A model generated the notes under the pieces. The model did not search any database. It was not told where the DNA came from and worked only from the letters and a program-made list of their open reading frames with translations. DNA of 64,000 bases from an uncultured Verrucomicrobiae bacterium (GTDB lineage Bacteria > Verrucomicrobiota > Verrucomicrobiia > Chthoniobacterales > JAFAMB01): positions 416,001 through 480,000 of the forward strand of contig CAWEXO010000011.1 in the NCBI GenBank assembly GCA_963813025.1, read 5' to 3'. Below, one piece after another: positions 48,357 through 58,974 of this stretch. Made by a program: the position numbers and the translations under genes. The first letter of the stretch is position 1. Each line of letters opens with the position of its first letter.

Positions 48357-49599
48357 TGTGTTTCTCCAGAGAGTTGTGGAAGCCGGTGCGGAGCGGTGAC
48401 CAGGGAAAGGGTAGCGGCCATCGCCGCGACGATGATCACCGCGCCGGCCAGACCAACACTCGCTAATCCGAAAAGATCAATCACCCGGCTCCCGATGAAA
48501 GCACCGAGGGCAATCCCGATGTTGCCGCCGGAGATATTAAAAGAAGCGCCCAAGGCGGGCCGGCCTTCCCCCGCTTTCATGACCCGAGTGTGTGAGACGG
48601 TAAAGAAGGCGGCCTGGCAGAACCCAGGACGGCCAGGACCAGAGCAAGCACGAAGCTCTCTTTGATGAAAGGTACCAAGGCGATCAGACCAATGGCCAAG
48701 GGAAGACAAAAGAGGACCGAAGCGCCCAGTGGGATGACGATCGACCAGACGTCCTCCTGCCCAATTCCCAAATAAACCGATGCCGCCGAAGCCCATCAGA
48801 ATCCAGCCAACCGTAGCACCGTTGAAGCCAGCCAATTTTTCCAGGATATCAGCCAGGTAGGTGTAGGAGGTAAACATTCCGGCAAAAACCAGGAGAGAAA
48901 GAAAGGTGTGCCCAAGGATCTTTGGCTGACGCAAAATGGCCAGCTGTTGCAGAATCGGGATTCGTTCCTGTTTACTCGGGATGCGCGGCAGAAAGATGCA
49001 AAGGAAAACCGCCTTGGCTAGCTAAGCTAGCACCGCTAGAACGGCAAAGGCACTTCGCCAGCCGAATCGGTCTGAGATCAAGGTACCGATTGGAATACCA
49101 AAGATGGTGGCGGCGACAACTCCGAAGGAGACTATGGAAATAGCTTTCCCGGCATTTTCCGGACCCGTGATTTGCACCGCTGTGTCACTCGCCAGCGACC
49201 AGAAAACGGGCAGCATCAGCGCCGGAATGAAACGCGCTAAAGCCATCACTCAGATATTAGAAGCTCCTGCTGCGACCAGATTGCAGAGAGCAAAAAGCAA
49301 GAGGGTAAAGATAAAAAGTTTTTTGCCTTCGTAACCAACCAGACGAGCAGTCAGGAAAGGTCCTGCAGCCGCCACGGTCAGAGCAAAGAGGGTGACTAAA
49401 AGGCCGGCCTGGGAGACGCTGACTCCGAGATCTGCGGCCATCGATGGTAACAAACCGACGATAATGAATTCGGTCGTCATCACCGTAAAGCCCGCGGCCG
49501 ACAAGAGGACAATCGGCAACAACGAAGCCCGATGAACTGGTGCCGGTCTTTTGCAATGATCACGTTTTCGAAATCAGGTGAGTTGGACATCTGCTTCAT
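48353..49599 (-). pseudogene. MFS transporter (DHA1-type) broken by stops and frameshifts
   Basis: TEFIIVGLLP.MA.DL.VS.SQAGLLVT, G.PIGT..SDRFGWR, FTSYTY, NIGIALGA spread over several ORFs. Confidence 0.85.
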
Positions 49600-49695
49600 T
49601 TGGGTCAGCGTTTTGGCTGTTGCTGGTTCGAGACCGCCCCATCGCCGTGAGGAGGACTACTTTTCCGACGAAAGGACAATTCATCATTCAATGTA

Positions 49696-49759
49696 TACCG
49701 ATAGGTACGAATGTTAGCTCTGGACATCCTGTCGTCAATGATTTATTTACCGATTAGTA
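49696..49759. promoter_or_regulatory. Two putative TetR operators
   Basis: TACCGATAGGTA (49696-49707) and TACCGATTAGTA (49748-49759), near-palindromes between divergent MFS and tetR. Confidence 0.6.
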
Positions 49760-50424
49760 TGAAAGTCGGTAATCCTGCCCCGCAGATCGGCCGTCCTCGC
49801 GCCTTTAATCCGGAGGTAGCTCTGGAAAAAGCCCTGCAAGTATTTTGGCGCCGAGGGTATGCCGGCGCTTCTCTCTCCGAATTGACCGCAGCCATGGGCA
49901 TTACCCGGCCTAGCCTTTACGCTGCTTTTGGAAACAAGGAAGAGCTCTTTCACAAGGCGTTGGACCTCTACATGGGAGGCCCGGCCAACGGTTCCAGTGA
50001 AGCATTGCAGGAAACAACCGCGCGCGCCGTGGTAGAACATTTACTTAATCGCTTGGTCGCTCTTTTGTCTGATCCTCATCACCCCGCCGGTTGCCTCCTG
50101 GTTAAAGGAGGCCTCTCCTCTGCCAAGGCTGATGATTCGATTCGCAATGAAATGATCAAACGCCGGTTAGCTGGAGAGAATGCTCTTCGAGAACGCTTTG
50201 AACGGGCAAAGGCGGAACGAGACCTGCCCGCAAACAGTGATCCGGCTGGGTTAGCCTTCTACGTAACCACCATAACTCAAGGAATGACGGTCCAAGCCGT
50301 GAACGGGACAGACGAAAACGAGCTGCGCCGTTTAATCGAGATGGTGCTGCAAACCTGGCCCAGCCTCGTCGAGAGTTCCGGGCTGCGCGCGTTCGACTCC
50401 ACCGTAGGGGGAGAGCAGCACTGA
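49759..50424 (+). CDS. TetR/AcrR-family regulator
   Basis: GRPRAF, FWRRGY..S..EL..AMGI.RPSLYAAFGNKEELF, GCL. Confidence 0.93.
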   Translation: MKVGNPAPQIGRPRAFNPEVALEKALQVFWRRGYAGASLSELTAAMGITRPSLYAAFGNKEELFHKALDLYMGGPANGSSEALQETTARAVVEHLLNRLVALLSDPHHPAGCLLVKGGLSSAKADDSIRNEMIKRRLAGENALRERFERAKAERDLPANSDPAGLAFYVTTITQGMTVQAVNGTDENELRRLIEMVLQTWPSLVESSGLRAFDSTVGGEQH

Positions 50425-51666
50425 AGGCGGAACTCTCCGCTTCTGAAGCTCGTCGCGCCGCGCTTACGGCGCAGGGTTTCAACGCGATGCGTCGCCACGA
50501 GGCTGTCGGCACGGCGCAGCTGTGCAAGGGCGTAGATCGGCTCGCCTTCTTCAGATCGACAGCGTGAACATTCTCGTGCGCGCTCAGTATCTGCACTCTT
50601 CTCACGCCTGGGTTCATACGAACTCGCCCTCCTCGACGCGATGATGGCAGCCAAACCCAAGCGCTTCTTCGAATATTGGGGGCACGAGGCGTCGCTGCTG
50701 CCTATCGACTGCCAACCCCTGCTGCGCTGGCGTATGGCCCGCGCACTTCGCGGCCGGGGTGTGTAGCGGCAACTCGAACCCTTTGCGGGGGAGAAGCGGG
50801 GCGAGGCCGATGCCCTGCTCGCCCGCATCGAGAAGGAGGGGCCGCTGGCCGCTTCCGATGTGGCGGATACCAGAGCCTCGAAGGGCATGTGGGTGTGGAG
50901 CGCCGCCAAGCATGCGCTGGAATGGCTGTTCTGGGCGGGGCTGGTCGCCGCAACACACCGCCGAGGCAGCTTCGAGCGCGTATACGACCTACCCGAGCGG
51001 GTGTTGCCCCGCGCTACCATCCAACTCCCCACACCAAGCGGCGTTGACGCCCGGCGGGCGCTCCTTCGCGCGCTCGGTGTCGCGACGGCGGACGACCTGC
51101 GCGATTACTATCGCATCCCCGCCGCAGACGCGCGGCTGCCGATCGAACAGTTGGTCGAAGAGGGAACCATTATCCCCGTGCGCGTGCGCGGTTGGCAGCA
51201 ACAAGCCTATTTGCACAAAGATGCGCGCGCCGGCCGCAAGCTCGAAGGCTCGGCGCTGCTGTCGCCCTTCGACCCGCTCATTTGGCACCGTCCGCGAACC
51301 GAGAGATTATTCGGATTCCGTTATCGTCTCGAAATCTACACGCCCGCCCACAAGCGCGAGCACGGTTACTACGTGCTGCCCTTCCTGCTGGATGGCGTGC
51401 TCGTCGCCCGCGTGGACCTGAAGGCGGATCGCAAAGCCGGCACGCTGATCGTCCAGCGAGCGCACGTCGAGCCAGGTGCGCCGCAATGCACGGTGGAACG
51501 GCTGATCGAGGAGCTTCGCCTGATGGCGTCATGGCTTGGACTGGCGGGCCTCGCCATTGCGCCGGTTGCTGGCATCGACCGTCTCTTCGCGACCCTCCAC
51601 GTCGGGGCACACCCGGCATTTGCCGAGCTGGCACCCGCGCAATCCGAGATGGCCTGTTATGGATGA
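50421..51666 (+). pseudogene. YcaQ/AlkZ-family (HTH_42) DNA crosslink glycosylase, interrupted
   Basis: QIDSVN, EYWGHEASLLP, FERVYDLPERV, LLSPFDPLIW.R.R, YRLEIYTP..KR.HGYYVLP; TAG at 50764-50766 plus upstream frameshifts. Confidence 0.85.
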
Positions 51667-52430
51667 GCAGCCGGTGAGAAGCGTCGAGACCGCCGCCCTG
51701 TGGATCGCCTACGTCGAACACGGTCCAACCAATGGTTGGCCGGTAATCCTGTCGCACGGCTTCCCCTACGACGTGCATGCTTTCGATGAAGTGGCTTCGA
51801 TCCTCGCGCGAGCAGGAGCGAGGGTCATCGCCCGTATGCTGCGGGCGGCCACGCCCCGCGCTATCCAGCTTGCCGACGCTCTAGGTCTGGAACGCCCGAT
51901 CCTCGGTGGTTTCGATTGGGGAGGCAACGCGTCCTGCGTGGCGGCAGCGCTGTGGCCAGAACGAATTGGCGGCCTTGTATCATACGCGGGCTACGACGTG
52001 ATCGATGTGGGTCGACAACGGCATCCCGTCGCACCATCGCTTGAGCGCGTCTTCCGGTATCAGCATCTCTTCCAGACCGAACGCGGACGCGAATGCCTGA
52101 CTGAACACCGCCGCGAACTGTGCCGGATGCTGTGGAGCGAGTGGTCGCCCGGCTGGCAATTCGATGAAGCGACGTTCGCTCGGTCCGCGGTCGCTTTCGA
52201 AAATCCCGACTTCGTGGATGTCGTGACCATTGTTACCGCTGCGCCTTGGGCCTTGAGGCGGGCGACCCTGCGTTGCAACCGCTTGAAGACCTTCTGGCGC
52301 AGAAGCCCACGGTGAAGGTTCCGACGGTGACGATCGACGGCGCGACCGACCCGCTCAAGCCTGGTGGGACCGCAGAGCACGCCCGCATGTTTGTCGGGCT
52401 GCATGAACACCGCGTCGTCGAGGCGGGACA
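51659..52430 (+). pseudogene. Alpha/beta hydrolase, deleted and frameshifted
   Basis: SHGFPYD, GFDWGG, FENPDFVDVV, then VPTVTIDG in another frame. Confidence 0.75.
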
Positions 52431-52529
52431 ACGCCGCCGGAACGGAAAACAGCTCCTCGGAACAGCCCAGATGCGGGACCAATGGAGCATGTCGCACTCC
52501 CTAAAAGTGAGCGACTCGACTGAGCTCGT

Positions 52530-52670
52530 CGTAGTCCTGCAAACAACGATTTACAGTTTAAGCGACCGAGGCTGGTCCCGACGACAGATCGCACGCGAGC
52601 TTGGGATCGATCGAGAGACCGGCGGTCCGGTATTTGCGGTTAGCAAAACCAGCCCATTCCGACCGACGGC
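52530..52670 (+). mobile_element. IS21-like transposase (IstA) 5' remnant
   Basis: LQTTIYSL..RGWSRRQIARELGIDRET, then RYLRLAKPA in a shifted frame. Confidence 0.55.
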
Positions 52671-52804
52671 AATGGCAAGCGGAGCGAATCCTCGAGATCA
52701 ACGGTCTAACTCAGGTGAACACGACGGTGATAGACGCTAAGGGAAAGCCTAGTGATCGGCCAACTGTAATCCTCCAATTCTGGCTCCTTCCTCAAGATAA
52801 CGTC

Positions 52805-52920
52805 GTGTCGCAAAAGTTCTAAGTTTTGCGAAACGCTTTTCCCGCTCGTGCTTACCTCGATGACGCATTTGCAAAAGTTTGTTGCAAAAATATGTCGTTT
52901 TGCGAGGATTTTTGCAAACG
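52805..52920. other. Putative res site (resolvase binding subsites)
   Basis: TCGCAAAA-GTTCTAAG-TTTTGCGA dyad at 52808-52831 plus further (T/C)GCAAAA half-sites at 52868-52918, directly upstream of the resolvase. Confidence 0.7.
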
Positions 52921-52938
52921 CTCGCAACTAGCTCGAAG

Positions 52939-53499
52939 ATGAAGATCGGCTATGCGCGCGTTTCTACTCTTGAGCAAAACCTGGACCTTCAACTGCAGGC
53001 TCTGAAAAAGGCAGGATGTAGAAGAATATTCCAGGAGAAGATTTCCGCCGGCACCCGCAATCGTCCAGAGTTCCAACGGATGCTCGATCAGATTCGCGCT
53101 GGTGACACGATCGTTGTCTGGAAACTTGATCGCTTGGCGCGCTTCACCCGCGACCTCCTTGAGACGATGGAAATGATTCAACAAGCTGGTGGGAAGTCGT
53201 TATCGGAGCCATGGGCTGATACGACCACGCACGCCGGAAGAATGATCATGACCATTTTTTCCGGAATCGCGGAGTTTGAACGCGGACTGATCCGGGAGCG
53301 GACCAGTGCCGGACGAGAAGCAGCGAGAAAAAGAGGAGTCCGTTTTGGCCGACCACGAAAGCTCACACCTGAGCAAGAAAACTTGGCGCGGCGTCTTGTG
53401 TCAGAGGGAAAGGCCGTCCGAGAGATCGCCGTAGCTTTCAAAGTCCATGCGGCGACGATTTATCGACTGGCCTATTCAGCGACTGGAATGGCTAACTGA
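52939..53499 (+). CDS. Serine recombinase (resolvase/invertase)
   Basis: IGYARVST..QN..LQ, VWKLDRLAR, AEFER.LIRERT..G, GRP, C-terminal HTH ATIYR. Confidence 0.95.
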   Translation: MKIGYARVSTLEQNLDLQLQALKKAGCRRIFQEKISAGTRNRPEFQRMLDQIRAGDTIVVWKLDRLARFTRDLLETMEMIQQAGGKSLSEPWADTTTHAGRMIMTIFSGIAEFERGLIRERTSAGREAARKRGVRFGRPRKLTPEQENLARRLVSEGKAVREIAVAFKVHAATIYRLAYSATGMAN

Positions 53500-53553
53500 A
53501 AAGAACGCGGGGAAGCCCCGAGGTTTTAATTTGTCACCGGGCGGATCAGGACG

Positions 53554-54069
53554 CTATTGGTTGCTAGGGCTCGCCGTAGGAGACGATGTCGCGGCCGGTG
53601 GTGGGGTTACGTTGAAGGTCAGCATCCGAATCTTCCAGGTATCGCCCTCACGAACATTAATCGCTCCCCAATAGCCTTTGAGTTGTATAGGACCGCCGCT
53701 CTTGCCTTGAAGAGTAAAACTCCATTCCCCGGTCCTCCAGACCTCATTGCCAGCCGTTCCTATCATGTGAGGGGAACCCTGATCGTCCTTGTTGAGATGG
53801 TTGCTGAAATGCCCTTGCTGGAACATCCCCGTGAAAAGCTTCTCGATGGCCTCCCGACCGAAAACAGGTCCTTGCGGAGTCACCTGAACCGCGTCCTCCG
53901 TGTACAGCGCGGCCATGGCAGCGGCATCGCCGTTATTGAATGCCTCGTCAAACTTCTTAACGATCTGCTCGTCTATCTGTGAAGCAGCCGTGTCTTTTTG
54001 TTGGGCGAACGCTGGCACAGCAAAGCTTATCGCCAGCCATACTAGGGCAACTACTAAGCGCATTTTCAT
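53554..54069 (-). CDS. Secreted NTF2/SnoaL-like (DUF4440) protein
   Basis: Signal peptide; FDEAFNNGDAAAMAALYTEDA, GREAI, WKI; RBS AGGAG. Confidence 0.85.
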   Translation of the reverse strand: MKMRLVVALVWLAISFAVPAFAQQKDTAASQIDEQIVKKFDEAFNNGDAAAMAALYTEDAVQVTPQGPVFGREAIEKLFTGMFQQGHFSNHLNKDDQGSPHMIGTAGNEVWRTGEWSFTLQGKSGGPIQLKGYWGAINVREGDTWKIRMLTFNVTPPPAATSSPTASPSNQ

Positions 54070-54546
54070 TGTCTCCTGCTGGTGTTCTTGATTCGCTTGT
54101 CGCATAACGACCTGCCGCGAGATTTCTCACGTCACCAGTGACATCCGTGTCGCCGGGGGTCAGGAAAATCAAGGCCTTTGGTCAAGGTCTCTGGGCGACA
54201 CCCGATTGGACGTCTCGCCCGATTCGGTGTCAATGAGAAATTGCGATGTGCGCGATCAGTCTGACTGAGGCGACCTTTTGGACCACCGCTATTGCAAACG
54301 CCGGCTACGGAAACGATTCTGCATTGCCGCATCTGTTCCGGCATCAGATCATCACTTTTCTGACCCGCAAAGGAATCATCAGATAGCCTTACTGCAATCG
54401 AGGTGACACCGAAATTGCGAGGCCGTCCAATTGGCGTGTTGCCCAGAGATCTTCGACCGAAGGCCTTCCCTCTGCCCCCGGCGACTCGGAGGTATCCCGT
54501 AGCAGGTCGTTTAGGCGACAAATCATCCAACCCCTTGGAGGAGACA

Positions 54547-54890
54547 ATGAAAATGCGCTTAATAGTTGCCCTTGTATGATTTGTTTAGGACCCTAGTCCT
54601 TGCCTTGAATAGTCATACTCCATCCTCCGGTTGCCCACATCTCATTGCCAGCCGTTCCTAATAACGTGAGGGGAATTCTCATCGACCGTGACGATTTCGT
54701 TGCTGTGATGAAATTGCTTGAACTGGTCTTCCCAATATGTCTCGATGGCCTGCCGACCGTTAACCGGTCCCGTGTCAGCAAAGCTGATTGCCAATCCTTG
54801 AGGGATACTGGTCAGTGATTCGTGAGGGCGATGATTGGAAGATCCGGATGCTGACCTCCAACGTAACCCCAGCACCGGCACCGGCTACTC
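54547..54890 (+). pseudogene. Paralog of the 53554-54069 gene with its middle (~54577-54797) inverted
   Basis: Plus strand gives MKMRLIVALV and GYWSVIREGDDWKIRML; minus strand between them gives GLAISFA..GRQAI..SPHVI..GTAGNEMW. Confidence 0.8.
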
Positions 54891-54959
54891 AGACGAAGTA
54901 GATGATGTTGGGTGTTGGGGAGCAGCGGAGCAGAAAACCGGTTTAATGCAAATTTCAAG

Positions 54960-55099
54960 CCGAAATGGTGGATAGCGCCTTCCAGGTCTTCCGGCTTGCA
55001 CACATCGAACGCCTGCACTTTGACATTGTGTTTCTCGGCCGTGGCTTCTCTGACCGAAAATAGATGCTCGTTCCCCGGATACGTCTTGTTAGCGAGCAC
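54960..55099 (-). pseudogene. Fragment resembling an ABC substrate-binding protein
   Basis: LAN.TYPGN....A....VKVQAFDV.KPEDLEGA; isolated piece. Confidence 0.35.
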
Positions 55100-55327
55100 T
55101 GCCAGCGGGGAGGTCGACCTTCAATGATAAGGCCCCTCTGTATACGATTTTTTTCTTTTTCGAAGATCGGTGTTCGAGCATCGCAATCGAAAATGCGTCG
55201 GAACCCGGCGACGTGTACAATGCATGGTCCAGAAACGCCGAAATAGAAATCTTACGTTAAGCGGATTTGGCGTTGCCTCACGAATGCTTTCTCCTGACAG
55301 AGCAAGATTTCGTGTTATGGAGGAGCC

Positions 55328-55717
55328 ATGATCCCGACCAACGCTACCATCATCCGAAAGGCGTACGACGACTTCGCTAATGGCGACATCCCCGCGGTCC
55401 TTGCGGCATTTGACACATCGATCACCTGGCATGTGCCTGGTCATGGTCCGTTGTCGGGCGATTACAAGGGCCACGACGAGATCGTGGGATTTTTCAAACA
55501 AACCTTGGCACTGTCCGGGGGTATCTTCGCCATCGAGGTTCATCATCTCCTTGCCGAAGAAGATGTGGTGGTAGTGCTCGTAACCGTGAAGGCGGAACGC
55601 AACAGTCGTTCCGCGGCATTCCCGGAAGTGCATGTATGGCGGCTTGCGAATGAAAAAGTCACCGAGTTCCGCGAATTCCAAGGGGACGAGCAGACAGAGG
55701 ATCGCTTTTGGTCGTAG
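55328..55717 (+). CDS. SnoaL/ketosteroid-isomerase-like NTF2 protein
   Basis: IRKAYDDFANGDI, ITWHVPG..PLSG.Y.GHDEI..FF, HVWRL..KV; RBS GGAGG. Confidence 0.88.
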   Translation: MIPTNATIIRKAYDDFANGDIPAVLAAFDTSITWHVPGHGPLSGDYKGHDEIVGFFKQTLALSGGIFAIEVHHLLAEEDVVVVLVTVKAERNSRSAAFPEVHVWRLANEKVTEFREFQGDEQTEDRFWS

Positions 55718-55882
55718 CGGACATCATTGATTGAAGCTGGGCCAGTCAGTCACGCTCGAGTCGATGAGCTTTGCAAGGAACTGGTCAGCCGCAGCTAGGT
55801 CTTTGCAAACGGTCTACGATTTAATTGCAAAAATCTAACCTCAAAATGTGCCAGTCTACGATTTACCTGCAATCGATAGCGG

Positions 55883-56045
55883 TCATGATTCACGTAGATA
55901 CAACTCGACTCTTTCCGTGGTCCAAGTAGCAACACTGCTGCCGAAGAAATCCTGATCCTCTGTCCAAATCGGGAAATCGAGTAATCGAGCCACCGCGACT
56001 ATCGGCCAATCGTCCGGGTCCCGAGTAAGGACGCACTCTCGGGGC
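55883..56045 (-). pseudogene. PIN-domain protein C-terminal fragment
   Basis: RDPDDWPIVA.A..LD.PIWTEDQDFFG..VATWTT. Confidence 0.7.
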
Positions 56046-56099
56046 AAGGTTTTCGTAGTCCTCATATAGGTGTGGCGAACTGAGAACATAATCGGCTCG

Positions 56100-56413
56100 A
56101 ACCGACAAGATCCGCGGTTTTGAAAACCGAAGTACGTGAGAATCAGGGTCGCTCAAAACCACATTCGGCGAGAATGAAATGATTCGGGTGTTGGGAGCAA
56201 CGGAGCTCCGCATTTTGCTCCGTTGCTCCTGGTTCGCGCAGGATACGAGCTGGTTGAGAGCTCAACCAGGTTGTACCGGTCATCGATTCTCCCGTTCCTC
56301 TGCCTTGCGGCCCTGGGAAAATATCCGCCGTGTTTCAAGCCTGTCCCGATCGCAAAATCCAGTCCGACTTGATCCGCCCCGGTTTGACCACCTGATATGA
56401 TTTTGCGAAGCAT
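56100..56413 (-). pseudogene. Putative molybdenum-carrier/SLOG-family protein, frameshifted
   Basis: KIISGGQTGAD..GLDFA...G..HGG, Y.L.E....Y..RT..N. Confidence 0.75.
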
Positions 56414-56444
56414 TTGAGCATCTCGTCGCTTCAGCGTTTCAATC

Positions 56445-57032
56445 TTAATTGAAAACAAACGGCTCGTGCCGTGAATTCCTGCTTGTGTCACGGCAATCAA
56501 GCAAAGCGACTCGCGGGCTTCTCATCCCCAAATAAGACATCGGCGCCTGGTTCAATGAGTCTTCGACCTTTCGTAGTTGGTCCCCTTCCAACGGCGGTGC
56601 GGCTTCCTCCAGGTAGCCACGCAAAAGATAGATTAAATCGTTCTGACTGCCGATAATATGACGGTTCGTCCGCTTACTAAAACGGAACGTTGTGGATGAA
56701 AATGGCGCAAGGCCGGACAACCCCAGCTCGCGAGTCAATTCTTCACGGCGCCTGTGAAACTCTTCCACTACCGGAGCCAGGGAGCGTCGATAGCCTGAGG
56801 AGACGACAAACGTAAAAAAACAATCCTCTTCGCAAAACAGGACAAAGCGACCAAGGCGCGATACGGAACAGACATCCACGCTCCAGTTTGCCAGCATGTC
56901 AGGTCTCTTCTCCCCATAGCTTTCTCCGGCCAGTTCGCAGCGAAAAAGCCGCGCGAAACGGCCAGAAACGTGCAGCAGCAACACGCTCAAAGGGAACTCG
57001 ACCTCGTTCGTACTATTCGTTTTGGCTGCCAT
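56445..57032 (-). CDS. DUF6933-like hypothetical protein
   Basis: LANWSV...FVLF, F.KRTNRHIIGSQND, LN.APM..L...SP pattern. Confidence 0.5.
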   Translation of the reverse strand: MAAKTNSTNEVEFPLSVLLLHVSGRFARLFRCELAGESYGEKRPDMLANWSVDVCSVSRLGRFVLFCEEDCFFTFVVSSGYRRSLAPVVEEFHRRREELTRELGLSGLAPFSSTTFRFSKRTNRHIIGSQNDLIYLLRGYLEEAAPPLEGDQLRKVEDSLNQAPMSYLGMRSPRVALLDCRDTSRNSRHEPFVFN

Positions 57033-57105
57033 GAGTTTCCCGAAAAAAAAGCAATCGCGCAACCTCCGAAGATCCAGACATCGAATTTCTTTTCGCCGAT
57101 TTCCA

Positions 57106-57388
57106 TCAACGGTCCAGTCGGTAACGCCAATAATCCGGATCTCGTCGATCATGTTTGACCGCTAAGATCATGATGTCGCGGTCCCTGAATGTGTATAATA
57201 TCGAGTACGGAAATTTCGAAACCGGCAAGCTCGCACGCCAGGCCCAAATTCCCGGAAACGGTCCGGCCTAAGAATAATTGCCGCGATGGCCGTTTCGACG
57301 GCATGACGAACCTTTCAGCTGTTCGGTCATAAAACAAGAGGGCTTCGCGAAACTCGTCTCGAGCGTCAGGATGAAGCAGGAAACTCAC
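57106..57388 (-). pseudogene. RelE/ParE-family toxin, frameshifted
   Basis: HPDA.DEF.EA..FY, then FPYSILY....IMILAVKH.RRDP.YW in another frame. Confidence 0.8.
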
Positions 57389-57613
57389 TGTTGAGCCAAC
57401 TGCTTCGCTAGCTGATGCATTTCCTTTAGCACCTGCTCGCCATCAAGAGGAGCCACTTCTCCGGACTCGATTTGGCGTATCCGCTCTTGAGCAATCGCGG
57501 CCCATTCACGTTCCGTAGCAGGTTCATATCCACCGAGCCAATCGCGAAGCTCCTCTTTTTCCTCGGGGGCCAGCTCTTCAATCGCTTTCTGGATTTTCAG
57601 TCAACCTGCTCAT
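57385..57613 (-). pseudogene. Addiction-module antitoxin, frameshift near the start
   Basis: IEELAPEEKEEL..W.....EW..IA.ER..QIESGEV..LDGEQV; GTGA overlap with the toxin. Confidence 0.7.
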
Positions 57614-57721
57614 GCTCAAAAGGATCGGTTCAACTCTCTCCGAGCTTCTCACCCTTCCCTTTTTAGGTGGTCGGAACGCAGGTTATGTAGGACTAAACGT
57701 TAGGCGAGGCTAAATTTGTCT

Positions 57722-58804
57722 TGTCGTTTTGCGAATTATTTGGCCTAACTTTTTGCGCACTACTTGGCATAATTAACTTGCGGTCCCGACTCAATCGCCC
57801 CCTTGCAGGTGGCGTTAGCGGTCGCCGGCAACCATAACTCAAGCAAAGCGAACACAGATGCCATCAAGTGCGAGCCTCGTGAGATCGGTGGCCCATGTCT
57901 CGCCGGCTGATACCGGAAGTGCACGCGTCAGCGTTCCGGTCGTGACGATTTCACCAGCTGCGAGTGGCGGATTGACCTGATCGCGCGAGAGAATATCGAC
58001 GAGATGACGCAGTGCCGACAGAGGTCCACCCAATAAATTCGTAGCGCGACCGTGATCCGCGACCTTGCCGTTGCGCTTCAGATCGATTTCGAAACTCGAA
58101 AGCGTCCGGCTCCAATCCTCGGCGTGCGCTGCGATTGAATGACGAGGCCCAATAAGCAACGCACCGTGCAGTCCGAACGCCGCGACCGTGTCAGACGCGG
58201 AAAACTTCCATCCAGGAAAGATTCGACTGCACGATTTCGAAATCGTGTCCGACCCAGTCGATGCACGCAAGCAATGCTGTCTCGTCCATGCCCGGAATCG
58301 GCGCCGATGCAAGCCTGAAGGCGATCTCCGGCTCTATTCGCGGCTCAGCGAGACCTGTGAGTGAAAACGTATCGCCGATCTCGGCGAGGTTGTGTACCGT
58401 GCGGTCATAAACATATCCCCAGACCGGTTCAGAGACATTGTATTCGGCCCAAATCGTGCGATTCGTGAAGCCAATTTTGCGTCCCACCGGCATCTCGCCG
58501 CGCGTCTCGCGCATCTGCCTTATTGCAGCAGTCATGCGGTAAGCATCGTCGAGATCGAACGCAGGAAGGCGCGCAGAGAATGGCGAGATCTGGTGGCAGG
58601 TATCGAGGGCGGCCAACGCTTCGGCACCGATCGCCTGCAGTTCGGTTAGTCCGTTTGTATTGCCGTTAGTCATTACGACAACATGTGCGTCGATTGCAAG
58701 GAGTATTCGACGAGGTTCTGGGCGTCAAGTATGCAGGTAATTGATCCGCGCCATTGTGCCAAATATCGAGCAAACTTCTATGCCAAATAATTCGCAAAGT
58801 GACA
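57722..58804. mobile_element. Non-autonomous transposon-like element with TGT...ACA ends and repeated transposase-binding sites
   Basis: Left TGTCGTTTTGCGAATTATTTGGC vs right revcomp TGTCACTTTGCGAATTATTTGGC; second degenerate site 24 bp inward at each end; no TSD found. Confidence 0.7.
57839..58673 (-). pseudogene. 2-keto-4-pentenoate hydratase/FAH-family protein, frameshift near 58223
   Basis: GRKIGFTN, EPRIEPEIAF, EIVQS/IFPGWKF, LGGPL.AL, GEIVTTGTLT. Confidence 0.85.
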
Positions 58805-58974
58805 TCACATCCGAATAATACCGTCTGGTCGTCAGATATAGTTCCCGGTCAGGGTTGATGCGCTCCCAACCACAGCAAGCCTGTCCCTACGCGTTTTTGT
58901 TATGGTGAATAGCTTGATGGGATCGACTTGCGTCGCCGTTGAGAATGCTTAACTGTGTTTGCCAAGTTCAGGCT

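Noticed and set aside
57717..58809. Alternative outer TGT/ACA ends for the mini-transposon
   Set aside because: They also lack a target duplication (AAATT vs TCCGA), and the inner ends give the better IR match
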